Assembly: GCA_045593725.1 (NCBI GenBank)
Contig: JAZNXE010000011.1
Span: forward strand, 1 to 60,464
Length of the DNA: 60,464 bases
From: Eubacteriales bacterium
Lineage (GTDB): Bacteria; Bacillota; Clostridia; Oscillospirales; CAG-272
Direction: 5' to 3'
Shown here: positions 9,046 through 18,792 of the stretch, piece after piece
Layout: each line of letters opens with the position of its first letter
Numbering within the stretch: the first letter of the stretch is position 1
The notes under the pieces: model-generated
Databases searched by the model: none
The model's input: the letters and a program-made list of their open reading frames with translations, nothing else
What the model was told of the DNA's origin: nothing
Program-made: the position numbers and the translations under genes

Positions 9046-9477
9046 ATGTATTTTGATGATCTTGAAATAGGTATGACGGTAGAGATTTCACCCACCGTTA
9101 TAGAAAAAGAAAAAATGGTGGATTTTGCTCGAATGTATGATAATATCCCCCTGCACACAGACGAAGAATATGCAAAAAGCTCTCCCTTTGGACAGCTGAT
9201 TGCCCCAGGTGTTATGTCTTTTGTGTCTGTATGGGCAAAATACCTTGAGGTGGATTTTTTCGGCAGGGAGCTGCTTGCGGGGAAATCCACAAAAATAGAG
9301 TGGCTCAAGCCTGTATTTGCCGAGGATGTCTTGGCAGGGAAGGCAACCGTTACGAATTTAGTAAAAAGAAATGAAAAAAACGGGTTGGTTGAAATTTCTA
9401 TCGAAGCCTACAACCAAAACGGAGAACTTGTTCTTACCAATATTACCGAGGCTATTGTAAAACGCAGACAGATATAA
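9046..9477 (+). CDS. MaoC-family (hotdog) acyl-CoA dehydratase
   Basis: MYFDDLEIG...FA..YDNIPLHTDEEYAK.SPFGQLIAPG...WLKPVFAED. Confidence 0.88.
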   Translation: MYFDDLEIGMTVEISPTVIEKEKMVDFARMYDNIPLHTDEEYAKSSPFGQLIAPGVMSFVSVWAKYLEVDFFGRELLAGKSTKIEWLKPVFAEDVLAGKATVTNLVKRNEKNGLVEISIEAYNQNGELVLTNITEAIVKRRQI

Positions 9478-9485
9478 ACCTAATA

Positions 9486-9514
9486 AGGGACTGCATCTAA
9501 ATGACGCAGTCCCT
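9486..9514. terminator. Bidirectional terminator between convergent genes
   Basis: AGGGACTGC...GCAGTCCCT inverted repeat. Confidence 0.7.
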
Positions 9515-9535
9515 CTTCAATTTTTTTATTAACGG

Positions 9536-12046
9536 TTATTTTTTCGGAGAAGCAGTATCTGCTCCGTCGCCAACGAGTCCGAGGCGCTCCGCTGCTTCCT
9601 GCCGCATTTTGTATTTGAGAATTTTGCCTGCCGCATTCATGGGAAAGCTCTCCACAAACTCGATATACTTTGGAACCTTATGACGAGCCATACTTGCCTT
9701 GATATATTCGCTCATCTCCTCAACGGTGACGCTTCCCGGCTCCTTGAGTATGATGCACGCCATAATTTCCTCGCCATATTTTTTGTCGGGGACACCGATA
9801 ACCTGAACATCCTTAGTCATCGGGTGAGTATAAATAAACTCCTCGATCTCCTTGGGGTAAATATTCTCGCCGCCGCGAATGATCATATCCTTAAGGCGTC
9901 CTGTGATCTTATAGTTTCCATTTTCGTCATAGCAAGCAAGGTCCCCAGAGTGGAGCCAACCGTCTTTATCAATAGTTTCCTTTGTGGCATCGGGCATTTT
10001 GTAGTATCCCTTCATAGTGTTATATCCCTTGGCGCAGAATTCTCCGTTCACGCCCGGACCAACCTCTTCTCCCGTTTCAGGATCGATTATCTTGCACATT
10101 ACGTGAGGGAACGCGCATCCTACCGTTTCGGTACGAACCTCCAGCGGATCCGTCCAGGAGCTCATAGTATTGCCGGGGGCGCACTCGGTCTGTCCATATA
10201 CGCTAACAATACCCGTCATATTCATCTCGTCGGGACGTGCCGCACGTCTCATAAGCTCGGGGGGACATCCTGCTCCCGCCATAATTCCGGTTCTCATATA
10301 TGAGAAGTCCGTGCTGCGGTAGTTCGGATGATTGAACATTGCTATAAACATAGTAGGAACGCCGTTGAAGCAGGTGATCTTTTCTTGGTTAATACAAGCA
10401 AGAGAAGACTTCGCGGAGAAATACGGCATTGGGCACATAGTCGTACCGTGGGTCATTGATGCGGTCATAGACAGTGTCATTCCAAAGCAATGGAACATTG
10501 GAACCTGTATCATCATTCTGTCCGCCGTGGAGAGTCCCATTCGGTCTCCGATACATTTTCCGTTGTTTACTACGTTGTAGTGTGTGAGCATAACTCCCTT
10601 TGGGAAGCCTGTGGTACCCGATGTGTATTGCATATTGCAAACGTCGCTGGGCTTTACGGCGGCAGCCATTCGGGCTACCTGCTCGCGGCTGACAAGCTTA
10701 TATCTATCCATAGCCTCGTCAAAGGTAAGACAGCCCTCCTGCTTGAATCCAACTGTGATAACGTTGCGAAGGAAGGGAAGCTTCTTTGCGTGGAGAGGCT
10801 CTCCCGCAACAGTGTTTTTTAACTCGGGACAGATAGTGTTGATAATTTCCTTGTAATTGGAGTCAAGACAGCTTTCTATCATAACGAGAGTATGAGTGTC
10901 GGACTGGCGGAGCAGATATTCTGCCTCGTGAATCTTATAAGCAGTATTGACCGTAACCAGAACAGCGCCTATCTTGGTCGTTGCCCAGAAGGTGATATAC
11001 CAAGCGGGAAGGTTAGTTGCCCAGATAGCCACCTTAGAGCCTGCCTTTACGCCCAGAGAAACGAGAGCGCGGGCAAAACGGTCCACATCCTCGCGGAACT
11101 GTGAGTAGGTACGGGTATAATCAAGAGTTGTGTACTTAAAGCAGTATTGATCAGGAAATTCATCTGCTACTCTGTCAAGCACCTTGGAAAAGGTAAGATC
11201 GATAAGCTCATCCTTCTTCCAAATGTACTGTCCCGATCCGTCATGGTTGAAATAAAGGCTCTTTTTCATATCCCTGGTGGAATGGAAATGGGACATATAA
11301 TTCACGAAATGAGGGAAGATAATCTCGGGATCCTGAAGATCGGGAAGCCACTCGGGCTTCCATTCCAGCGAGATAAATGCATCGTAATTTACAGACGAGA
11401 GGGCGCGCATTACATCCTCTATTGGCATAGTACCCTCACCTATAAGCTGATATACGCCGTTATCGTCGGAGTCGCGTACGTGAACGTGAGCGATATATGC
11501 GCCGAGATTTTTTATTGTCTGATCACCCGATTCACCGTTATCTCTGTACGGGTGATGAACGTCCCACAGAGCCGCCAGATTATCACTGGCAAAGCTGTCG
11601 AGTATAGCGCGAAGACGCTGGGTGTCTGCATAAATTCCACTTGTTTTTATTAAGATGCTTACGTTGTTTTCTGCTGCTACCGGCAAAATCTCCTTGAGCG
11701 CGGAATATACCGCAGACTCATTTTCCTTTAAGGCGCAGGTTACAACGTAGGGAACTCTCGCATTATGAGCTATTTCAATCAGATTCCTGAGGCTTGATAC
11801 CGCATTTTCATCGGAGGAGATATCCAGAGAGGTATCGAAGCAGGGAATAGATATGCCCTTTTCTCTAAGTTGACGAACTGTTGCGGCGGTATTGTACTTG
11901 TGGAATGGACCGCCCTTTTCCATTAACGGATCAAATTTGGTAAGGTTATATACCTCCACGCCCGAGAATCCCATATCGATGGCGACATCGAGCATTTCAT
12001 CAAAGGAAAGATCAGGCCATCCTCTTGTGGAAAATGAAAGCTTCAT
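9536..12046 (-). CDS. Fusion: sugar phosphate isomerase/epimerase-like TIM barrel + acyl-CoA synthetase (AMP-binding)
   Basis: N-terminal MKLSFST..GFSGVE, WDVHH, HVHVRD, SLEW; C-terminal YTSGTTGFPKG, YGQTE, GWLHSGD, GRLKDMIIRGGENIYP, GKILK. Confidence 0.9.
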   Translation of the reverse strand: MKLSFSTRGWPDLSFDEMLDVAIDMGFSGVEVYNLTKFDPLMEKGGPFHKYNTAATVRQLREKGISIPCFDTSLDISSDENAVSSLRNLIEIAHNARVPYVVTCALKENESAVYSALKEILPVAAENNVSILIKTSGIYADTQRLRAILDSFASDNLAALWDVHHPYRDNGESGDQTIKNLGAYIAHVHVRDSDDNGVYQLIGEGTMPIEDVMRALSSVNYDAFISLEWKPEWLPDLQDPEIIFPHFVNYMSHFHSTRDMKKSLYFNHDGSGQYIWKKDELIDLTFSKVLDRVADEFPDQYCFKYTTLDYTRTYSQFREDVDRFARALVSLGVKAGSKVAIWATNLPAWYITFWATTKIGAVLVTVNTAYKIHEAEYLLRQSDTHTLVMIESCLDSNYKEIINTICPELKNTVAGEPLHAKKLPFLRNVITVGFKQEGCLTFDEAMDRYKLVSREQVARMAAAVKPSDVCNMQYTSGTTGFPKGVMLTHYNVVNNGKCIGDRMGLSTADRMMIQVPMFHCFGMTLSMTASMTHGTTMCPMPYFSAKSSLACINQEKITCFNGVPTMFIAMFNHPNYRSTDFSYMRTGIMAGAGCPPELMRRAARPDEMNMTGIVSVYGQTECAPGNTMSSWTDPLEVRTETVGCAFPHVMCKIIDPETGEEVGPGVNGEFCAKGYNTMKGYYKMPDATKETIDKDGWLHSGDLACYDENGNYKITGRLKDMIIRGGENIYPKEIEEFIYTHPMTKDVQVIGVPDKKYGEEIMACIILKEPGSVTVEEMSEYIKASMARHKVPKYIEFVESFPMNAAGKILKYKMRQEAAERLGLVGDGADTASPKK

Positions 12047-13446
12047 TCGATTTCCTCCTCATAGACTATCTTGTTAAGAGCGCTCAAATAAGCCTGTATT
12101 CCCGCGCCAACGATATCGGTGGAGATACCTATGCCCGAATATACCTTATCTCCCGCGCGAAGCTTAACAACGGTTTGCCCCATAGCTTCGCGACCTTCTG
12201 TTACTGCCTGAAGCTGAAAGTCATCAAGCTCATAGTGGCAGCCGGTAATCTTTTCGATAGCCTGAAACGCCGCGTCGATAGAGCCATCGCCAATGTAAAC
12301 ACCCTCCACGGTGCTGTCATTCTTCACGAGCTTTATGTGAGCTGTTGCCGATATAGTATTTCCCGACGTGATAACGTAGGTGTCCAGCTTGTAGGTGGAG
12401 GGGACCTGCATAGCCGAGGATGCTACTATGGCATCAAGCTCCTTTAAGGTCACCTTTTCCTTTTTCTCCGCAATCTGCTTGAAGGCGGTATAAACTGTCT
12501 GCGTGTCTTCGCCGGAGAGGTCGTATCCGAGTCTTACCGTAGCTGCCGCAACAGCCTCCTCGGTGTCATGCAGAGTGAGGAATATTTCATTATCCTTGGA
12601 TTCAACGGCAGTGTTTTGAACCTTGCCCGTATGGTAGAGCCTATCTATTTGTGAAATGATTTTGCTAAGTTGATTTGCTTTTACGTCAATACAGGTGTTC
12701 AAAGAATCTGCCTTTGCGGTAAGTATTCGGGTGATGTTTTCGAGAGATACCTCTGAGCCTGAATGGCATACGGCGCGAATCTGCTCTGCGCCCTGAGCGG
12801 TTGCCATAATTGCACATGCATCAGCCATAGCGATAGTGTTGGCGCAGCTAACTCCAAGGATTACCTTGTCAAGGCTGGGTATAGAATCATACTGAGCTTT
12901 AATAAACTCAGCAAATTCGACGGGAAGCATTGTTCCTGCCGTGTCACAAAGAGTTACGGTGGTAGCGCCCGCGCTGATAGCGGTTTCTACCGCTTTAGCG
13001 AGAAAATCACTTTCGCTGCGGGTGGCATCCTCCGCGACGAACTCTACGTCTGGGCAGAGCGCGCGACACGCGGTAACGGTTCGGCTGATAGCTTCAAGCA
13101 TGGCGTCGGGCTTTTTGTGGAAAAGATATTCTATTTGTACAGCGCTTGTAGAAGCGCAGACCTGAAGGCGGGGATTTTTGGCATTTTTTAAAGCCGCCCA
13201 GGTTCTTTCAATACTTTCGTCATCCACTAATTCTACAGGAACAGCGATACGGCTGTTGTTAACTGCGGATGCGATAGATTTTATCAAAAGGGAGTCAACA
13301 CGCAGGTCGGTTATACCGTCAAGCTCAATCAAATCCACACCGATTTTGTCCAGGAGCTTTGTAAGCTCTATTTTTTCTTTAAATGTGAGGCGCAGATCCT
13401 CGGAGGTCTGCTTCATTGTCGCGTCACTGATTACAATCTTTCTCAT
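12043..13446 (-). CDS. 2-isopropylmalate synthase-like protein with degenerate catalytic site and intact LeuA regulatory domain
   Basis: LeuA-like EDATRS, DTAG and C-terminal GDGSIDA/AVTEGREAMG/STDIV; DTTLRDGEQ is replaced by DATMKQTS and HCHND by SCANT. Confidence 0.82.
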   Translation of the reverse strand: MRKIVISDATMKQTSEDLRLTFKEKIELTKLLDKIGVDLIELDGITDLRVDSLLIKSIASAVNNSRIAVPVELVDDESIERTWAALKNAKNPRLQVCASTSAVQIEYLFHKKPDAMLEAISRTVTACRALCPDVEFVAEDATRSESDFLAKAVETAISAGATTVTLCDTAGTMLPVEFAEFIKAQYDSIPSLDKVILGVSCANTIAMADACAIMATAQGAEQIRAVCHSGSEVSLENITRILTAKADSLNTCIDVKANQLSKIISQIDRLYHTGKVQNTAVESKDNEIFLTLHDTEEAVAAATVRLGYDLSGEDTQTVYTAFKQIAEKKEKVTLKELDAIVASSAMQVPSTYKLDTYVITSGNTISATAHIKLVKNDSTVEGVYIGDGSIDAAFQAIEKITGCHYELDDFQLQAVTEGREAMGQTVVKLRAGDKVYSGIGISTDIVGAGIQAYLSALNKIVYEEEIE

Positions 13447-13467
13447 GATTCGTTGTCTCCTTGTCTA

Positions 13468-13735
13468 AATAAAAAAATCCCCAAGCCGAGAAACGGCTTC
13501 AGGGACGAATTAATTCGCGGTACCACCCTGATTATACCCTAAAAAAGGGAAATCACTCAAAAACCCCATTCAGGGTCTTACCTTGTAACGGAGGTTGCCG
13601 TGTCCCATTACTTGCTTTCGCTTTGATGGGACCGACTCGGGAAGGAGTATGCCCAAACCGCGCGTGTCGGCTCACACCAAACGCCGATTCTCTGGTACGC
13701 TTCAATAAGGGCAAGATTTCCGTCATTGTCTTTCA
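13468..13735 (-). promoter_or_regulatory. T-box riboswitch, predicted Leu (CUC) specifier
   Basis: Minus strand: GA motif GACAATGACGGAA/TTCCCGAGTC, AGAGA...GGTGTGAG apical motifs, specifier CTC (plus-strand 13645-13647), T-box AGGGTGGTACCGCG...CGTCCCT, terminator with U tract. Confidence 0.88.
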
Positions 13736-13883
13736 TATAATAAATTATAACGATGAGTATATTTAACCACCAAATCAGCGCTTTGTCAAGTAGAAAATAT
13801 TAAAAAGCACCAATTTTGACAATAATGTACAAAAAATATCTCGTATTTTTTGAAATTTTGTGCACTTTTTAATAAAAAAATAT

Positions 13884-13912
13884 TTGACTTTTTTGCGCAA
13901 AAATGATAAAAT
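13884..13912 (+). promoter_or_regulatory. Sigma-A promoter of the Ile T-box operon
   Basis: TTGACT-17-TAAAAT with TG extension. Confidence 0.75.
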
Positions 13913-13932
13913 TAATCATAGCATTAAAAATA

Positions 13933-14186
13933 AAGACTGTGACGAAGACGGTACCGGTACAATAGGCACACAGAGAGTCGGCGTTTGGTGCGAGCCGATT
14001 GCAAAAAACCGATCTACCCATCACTTCCGAGTCGGAAATTCGAGCTTTGAGTTAGAGTTTCACGTTTCCCGCGTTAAGGGCAAGGACTTATAGGTCCTAA
14101 GTGGCGGTTTTCCGTAATTTGAGTGGTTCCGCGGGTATTTTGCACTCGTCTCAGAATTTTGATTCCTGAGGCGTTTTTGTTTTTTT
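13933..14186 (+). promoter_or_regulatory. T-box riboswitch, predicted Ile (AUC) specifier
   Basis: GACTGTGACGAAG/CTTCCGAGTC stem I base, AGAGA...GGTGCGAG, specifier ATC at 14020-14022, T-box GAGTGGTTCCGCG (14121-14133)...CGTCTC, terminator with U tract. Confidence 0.9.
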
Positions 14187-14202
14187 GAAGGAGGTTTTAC
14201 TT

Positions 14203-16470
14203 ATGTCAAATCAATCTGATGTTAAACAGCTTGAAAAGGTAGCGTTGCGCATACACGAGATGCGCCAGATTATGGGCTATACGATTTCGCAGATGGCAGA
14301 GTTGACTGATGTTTCTGAGGAAATGTATTGCTCGTATGAGTCGGGTAGCATAGATCTGCCCTTCACGTTTATACATAAATGCGCGAAGGCTTACGGCATA
14401 GAGATTACAGACCTTTTGGAGGGACATAGCGCAAAGCTTTCAGGATATACCGTTACTCGAAAGGGCAAGGGAATTACTACAGCTGAGGAGGACGGTATTA
14501 CTATTCAGGCTATCGCTTCTCAGTTCCGAAAAAAGCTTGCTGCTCCTTATTGGGTGACCTATCCTTATTCCGATGAGCTCCAGAAGCTCCCCATTCACAC
14601 GGTAACCCATTCTGGTCAGGAATTTGATATGGTAATCAATGGTTCCCTGCGTTTCCGCATTGGAGATCACGAGGAGATTTTGCGTGAGGGAGATAGTATT
14701 TTCTTCAATTCCTCCACTCCCCACGGTATGATTGCCATAGATAATAAAGATTGCGTTTTTCTTTCGGTCGTTATGGCAAGTGATGCTACCGACCAGCCTA
14801 TGTATCTTGGCTCCGACCTGCAGAATGCAGTGAGAGAGCCTCTCCTGTGCGAAAAGTTTATCCAGACTCAGGAGGACGAAAACGGAGTTCTTCTCGATGT
14901 CAATTACATTGACGAGGATAAATATAACTTTGCTTTTGATACGGTTGATGAGATCGCACGCAGAGAGCCGAATAAATTGGCTATGATCCACGTTGCCAAC
15001 GATATGACCGCGAGAAGATTCACCTTTAAGGATATCAAGGATGCTTCATCGCAGGCAGCAAATTACTTTAAATCGCTTGGAATCAAGAAGGGCGACCGTG
15101 TGCTTTTGGTGCTTAAGCGTCACTATCAGTTCTGGTTTGCGATTCTTGGTCTTCATAAGATAGGCGCGATAGCTATTCCAGCAACCAATCAGCTTCTTGA
15201 ACACGATTTTACCTATCGTTTTCAGGCGGCAGGCGTCAGCGCGGTGCTTTGTACGGCTGACGGAGATACGGCGCATCAGATAGAGTTGGCTGAGAACTCA
15301 TTGGGAATCTCGCTGACTAAGGTTCTCGTTGGAGGAAAGAGAGACGGATGGCGCGACTTTGATGCTGAATATTCACTTTTCAGCCGTCGATACCTTCGCG
15401 CCGAGGATGCTCCTTGCGGAAACGATCCTATGCTGATGCTCTTTACCTCTGGAACAACTGGTTATCCCAAGATGGCTGCGCACTCATATAAATATGCGCT
15501 TGGTCATTTCGTTACCGCAAAATATTGGCATTTGTGCGAAAAGGACGGACTCCATTTCACCATTTCAGAGACCGGTTGGGGTAAAGCCCTGTGGGGTAAG
15601 CTGTACGGTCAATGGCTTTGTGAGTGTGCGGTATTCGTGTACGACTTCGACCGATTCGATGCGGAGAAGATACTTCCGCTCTTTAAACAATACAATATAA
15701 CCACCTTCTGTGCGCCGCCTACCATGTACAGGATGCTTATCAAACAGGATATTAGCCGATTTGATCTTTCCTCCATTCGCCACGCGACTACTGCGGGTGA
15801 GGCGCTTAACCCCGAGGTTTTCTATCAGTTTGAGAAGGCTACGGGACTTCGTATAGCCGAGGGCTTCGGTCAGACCGAGATGACGCTCGGTATCGGAAAC
15901 CTGCGCGGCACACAGATCAAGCCTGGCGCAATGGGTAAGCCTGTTCCCGGATATGGAATAGACCTTGCTGATGCCGACGGAAATCCCGTTGCCGACGGTG
16001 TGAACGGAGAGATTGTTATTCGCACCGAGCCTAAGACGAGCTGTGGCGTATTCCTTGGATATTATCTAAATGAAGAAGCCACAAAGGGCGTATGGCACGA
16101 CGGTATGTATCACACGGGAGATCTTGCATGGCGTGATGAGGACGGATATTACTGGTACGTTGGACGCGCTGATGACGTTATCAAGTCATCGGGATACCGT
16201 ATAGGTCCGTTTGAAATTGAATCTACTATTATGGAGCTTCCTTACGTCCTTGAGTGCGGAGTATGCGCCGCTCCCGATGAGGTAAGAGGTCAGGTCGTTA
16301 AGGCTTGTATCGTTCTCGTTCCAGGGACTGAGGAGAGCGAGGAGCTTAAGAAGGATATTCAGAATTACGTAAAGCTGCACACGGCTCCTTACAAATACCC
16401 GAGAATAGTAGAATTCCGCAAGGAATTACCCAAGACTATCAGCGGTAAGATTATCCGCAACAAGCTTTAA
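14203..16470 (+). CDS. Fusion: XRE helix-turn-helix + cupin + short/medium-chain acyl-CoA synthetase (copy 1)
   Basis: N-terminal XRE HTH, cupin HSGQEF...GDSIFFNSSTPHGM, then FTSGTTGYPK, GFGQTE, YHTGD, GRADDVIKSSGYRIGPFE, PKTISGKI. Confidence 0.9.
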   Translation: MSNQSDVKQLEKVALRIHEMRQIMGYTISQMAELTDVSEEMYCSYESGSIDLPFTFIHKCAKAYGIEITDLLEGHSAKLSGYTVTRKGKGITTAEEDGITIQAIASQFRKKLAAPYWVTYPYSDELQKLPIHTVTHSGQEFDMVINGSLRFRIGDHEEILREGDSIFFNSSTPHGMIAIDNKDCVFLSVVMASDATDQPMYLGSDLQNAVREPLLCEKFIQTQEDENGVLLDVNYIDEDKYNFAFDTVDEIARREPNKLAMIHVANDMTARRFTFKDIKDASSQAANYFKSLGIKKGDRVLLVLKRHYQFWFAILGLHKIGAIAIPATNQLLEHDFTYRFQAAGVSAVLCTADGDTAHQIELAENSLGISLTKVLVGGKRDGWRDFDAEYSLFSRRYLRAEDAPCGNDPMLMLFTSGTTGYPKMAAHSYKYALGHFVTAKYWHLCEKDGLHFTISETGWGKALWGKLYGQWLCECAVFVYDFDRFDAEKILPLFKQYNITTFCAPPTMYRMLIKQDISRFDLSSIRHATTAGEALNPEVFYQFEKATGLRIAEGFGQTEMTLGIGNLRGTQIKPGAMGKPVPGYGIDLADADGNPVADGVNGEIVIRTEPKTSCGVFLGYYLNEEATKGVWHDGMYHTGDLAWRDEDGYYWYVGRADDVIKSSGYRIGPFEIESTIMELPYVLECGVCAAPDEVRGQVVKACIVLVPGTEESEELKKDIQNYVKLHTAPYKYPRIVEFRKELPKTISGKIIRNKL

Positions 16471-16499
16471 TACGTATCCTTGAAGAAAAGAGGTGTAGT

Positions 16500-18776
16500 A
16501 TGGAACAACCAATAGACATAAAAATAAAACAGATCGCCGACCGTATTCGAGAGTTGCGCCTTATTTCCGGACTGTCTATTGCCGATATGGCTGAGCGTAC
16601 GGGAATCAGTGAGAGCGAATACGAGGAATGCGAGAATGGAAACAGAAATCTTAGTATTGCCTTTCTGTACCATTGCGTGCTTATTTTCGGCGTCGATATG
16701 AGCGATATTCTTGAGGGTAAAAGCCCCAAGCTTCGCTCGTATGCCCTCACAAGAAGAGGAGAGGGGCAGAGAATAGAGGAAGCTCACAATATGGTTGGAT
16801 ACAACCTTGCCTCGGGCTTCCGCAACCGTATCGCGCTTCCTCTCTATATGGAGATGAAATACCACGAGGGTGCGGAAAACGAGAACATAGAGCAGGTTAC
16901 ACACGAGGGACAAGAGTGTGATATCGTAATAAACGGTCGGATGAAGATCCAGATCGGCGAGCATACCGAGATACTCAATCCCGGTGATTGTATATACTAT
17001 GATTCGGGTACTCCTCATGGAATGATAGCTATAGGCGGAGAGGATTGCTCGTTCTACGCGATTGTGCTTCGCAATCAGGCAGCAAGAGAGGGTGAGCAGG
17101 CTGCCGTGTCTTCAACGGCAACCCAGCGACGTGACGAGGATAAACAGCAGAGAATTTATCAGGATTTTATTACCACAACCGAGAAGGATGGTATTCTTAC
17201 CGAAATTTCCTTTAAGAATGAGGATAAATTCAACTTTGCCTTTGACGTTGTTGATGCGCTTGGTACTCGTAAGCCCGATAAGCTTGCAATGCTTTATGTG
17301 GGAGAGGATGGTACAGAGCGTAGATTTACCTTCCAGGATATGAAAAGGGAATCTGCAAGAGTTGCAAACTACTTTACTTCTATCGGAATAAAGAAGGGTG
17401 ACCGCGTGATGCTGGTGCTTAAGCGTCACTACCAGTTCTGGTTCTCTATCCTTGCTTTGAACAAGCTTGGCGCAATTGCAATTCCCGCACCTAATCAGCT
17501 CTTGGAGAAGGATTTTGAGTATAGATTTAATGCAGGCGGTATTAAGGCGATCGTTTGTACGGCTGACGGTGATGTGGCAGATTCCGTAGATGCGGCTTCA
17601 GCCAAGTGCCCCGGACTTGAGCACAAAATCATTGTGGGAGGCATCCGCGATGGTTGGCGTAGCTTTGACGACGAATACGGAATATACAGCAGCCACTATT
17701 TCCGCACCGAGAATTCTCCTTGCGGAGATGACCCCATGCTGATGTTCTTTACGTCCGGAACCTCGGGATACCCCAAGATCGCGGCGCATAACCATAAGTA
17801 TCCTCTCGGACACTTTATTACGGCAAAGTATTGGCATCAGGTAAACCCCGACGGATTGCACCTTACGATATCCGACACGGGCTGGGCAAAGGCTATGTGG
17901 GGTAAGCTGTACGGTCAATGGCTGTGCGAGGCAGCGACCTTCGTATATGATTTCGACCGTTTTGATGCCGAGCATATCCTCCCGCTCTTCAAGAAATATA
18001 ATATAACCACCTTCTGCGCGCCTCCTACGATGTACAGAATGCTCATTAAGCAGGATCTGTCGCGCTTTGATCTTTCCAGCATAGAGCACGCATCTACCGC
18101 AGGTGAGGCGCTCAATCCTGAGGTGTTCCGTCAGTTTGAGAACCACACGGGACTTAAGATAATGGAAGGCTTCGGTCAGTCCGAGAGTACGCTTATTATA
18201 GGAAATCTTGCGGGCGGAAGCCACAAGATAGGTTCTATGGGTAAGCCTACGCCTCTTTACGACGTGCATTTGCTTAGTCCTGACGGCGACGAGGTAGAGG
18301 CGGGAGAGAGCGGAGAGATATGTATCAATATCTCTGACGGTCTGCCCTGCGGTCTTGCTTACGCTTATGAGGGGAACCCCCAGATTACAGCCGAGACTTG
18401 GAAGGACGGCTTTTATCACACGGGAGATCTTGCGTGGTGCGACGAGGACGGCTTCCTTTGGTATGTGGGACGCGCGGACGACGTTATTAAATCCTCGGGA
18501 TACAGGATTGGTCCGTTTGAGATTGAGAACGTAATTATGGAGCTTCCCTACGTTCTTGAGTGTGGAGTTTCGGCAGCCCCTGACGAGATTCGCGGACAGG
18601 TCGTTAAAGCAAGTATAGTTCTTGTCAAGGGATATGAGGGAACCGACGAGCTTAAGAAGGAAATTCAGAACTACGTTAAATCTCGTACGGCACCCTATAA
18701 GTATCCGAGAATAGTAGAATTCCACGAGAGCTTGCCGAAAACGACCAGTGGAAAAATTATAAGAAAAAAGCTTTAA
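16500..18776 (+). CDS. Fusion: XRE helix-turn-helix + cupin + acyl-CoA synthetase (copy 2, paralog)
   Basis: Same architecture and long identical stretches with 14203..16470 (e.g. WGKLYGQWLCE, FCAPPTMYRMLIKQD). Confidence 0.9.
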   Translation: MEQPIDIKIKQIADRIRELRLISGLSIADMAERTGISESEYEECENGNRNLSIAFLYHCVLIFGVDMSDILEGKSPKLRSYALTRRGEGQRIEEAHNMVGYNLASGFRNRIALPLYMEMKYHEGAENENIEQVTHEGQECDIVINGRMKIQIGEHTEILNPGDCIYYDSGTPHGMIAIGGEDCSFYAIVLRNQAAREGEQAAVSSTATQRRDEDKQQRIYQDFITTTEKDGILTEISFKNEDKFNFAFDVVDALGTRKPDKLAMLYVGEDGTERRFTFQDMKRESARVANYFTSIGIKKGDRVMLVLKRHYQFWFSILALNKLGAIAIPAPNQLLEKDFEYRFNAGGIKAIVCTADGDVADSVDAASAKCPGLEHKIIVGGIRDGWRSFDDEYGIYSSHYFRTENSPCGDDPMLMFFTSGTSGYPKIAAHNHKYPLGHFITAKYWHQVNPDGLHLTISDTGWAKAMWGKLYGQWLCEAATFVYDFDRFDAEHILPLFKKYNITTFCAPPTMYRMLIKQDLSRFDLSSIEHASTAGEALNPEVFRQFENHTGLKIMEGFGQSESTLIIGNLAGGSHKIGSMGKPTPLYDVHLLSPDGDEVEAGESGEICINISDGLPCGLAYAYEGNPQITAETWKDGFYHTGDLAWCDEDGFLWYVGRADDVIKSSGYRIGPFEIENVIMELPYVLECGVSAAPDEIRGQVVKASIVLVKGYEGTDELKKEIQNYVKSRTAPYKYPRIVEFHESLPKTTSGKIIRKKL

Positions 18777-18792
18777 TAGCGAGATTGTAAAT

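Noticed and set aside
9046-9477. MaoC dehydratase and amidohydrolase as part of the branched-chain acid pathway
   Set aside because: Separate convergent transcription unit with its own promoter and no T-box; adjacency alone is insufficient
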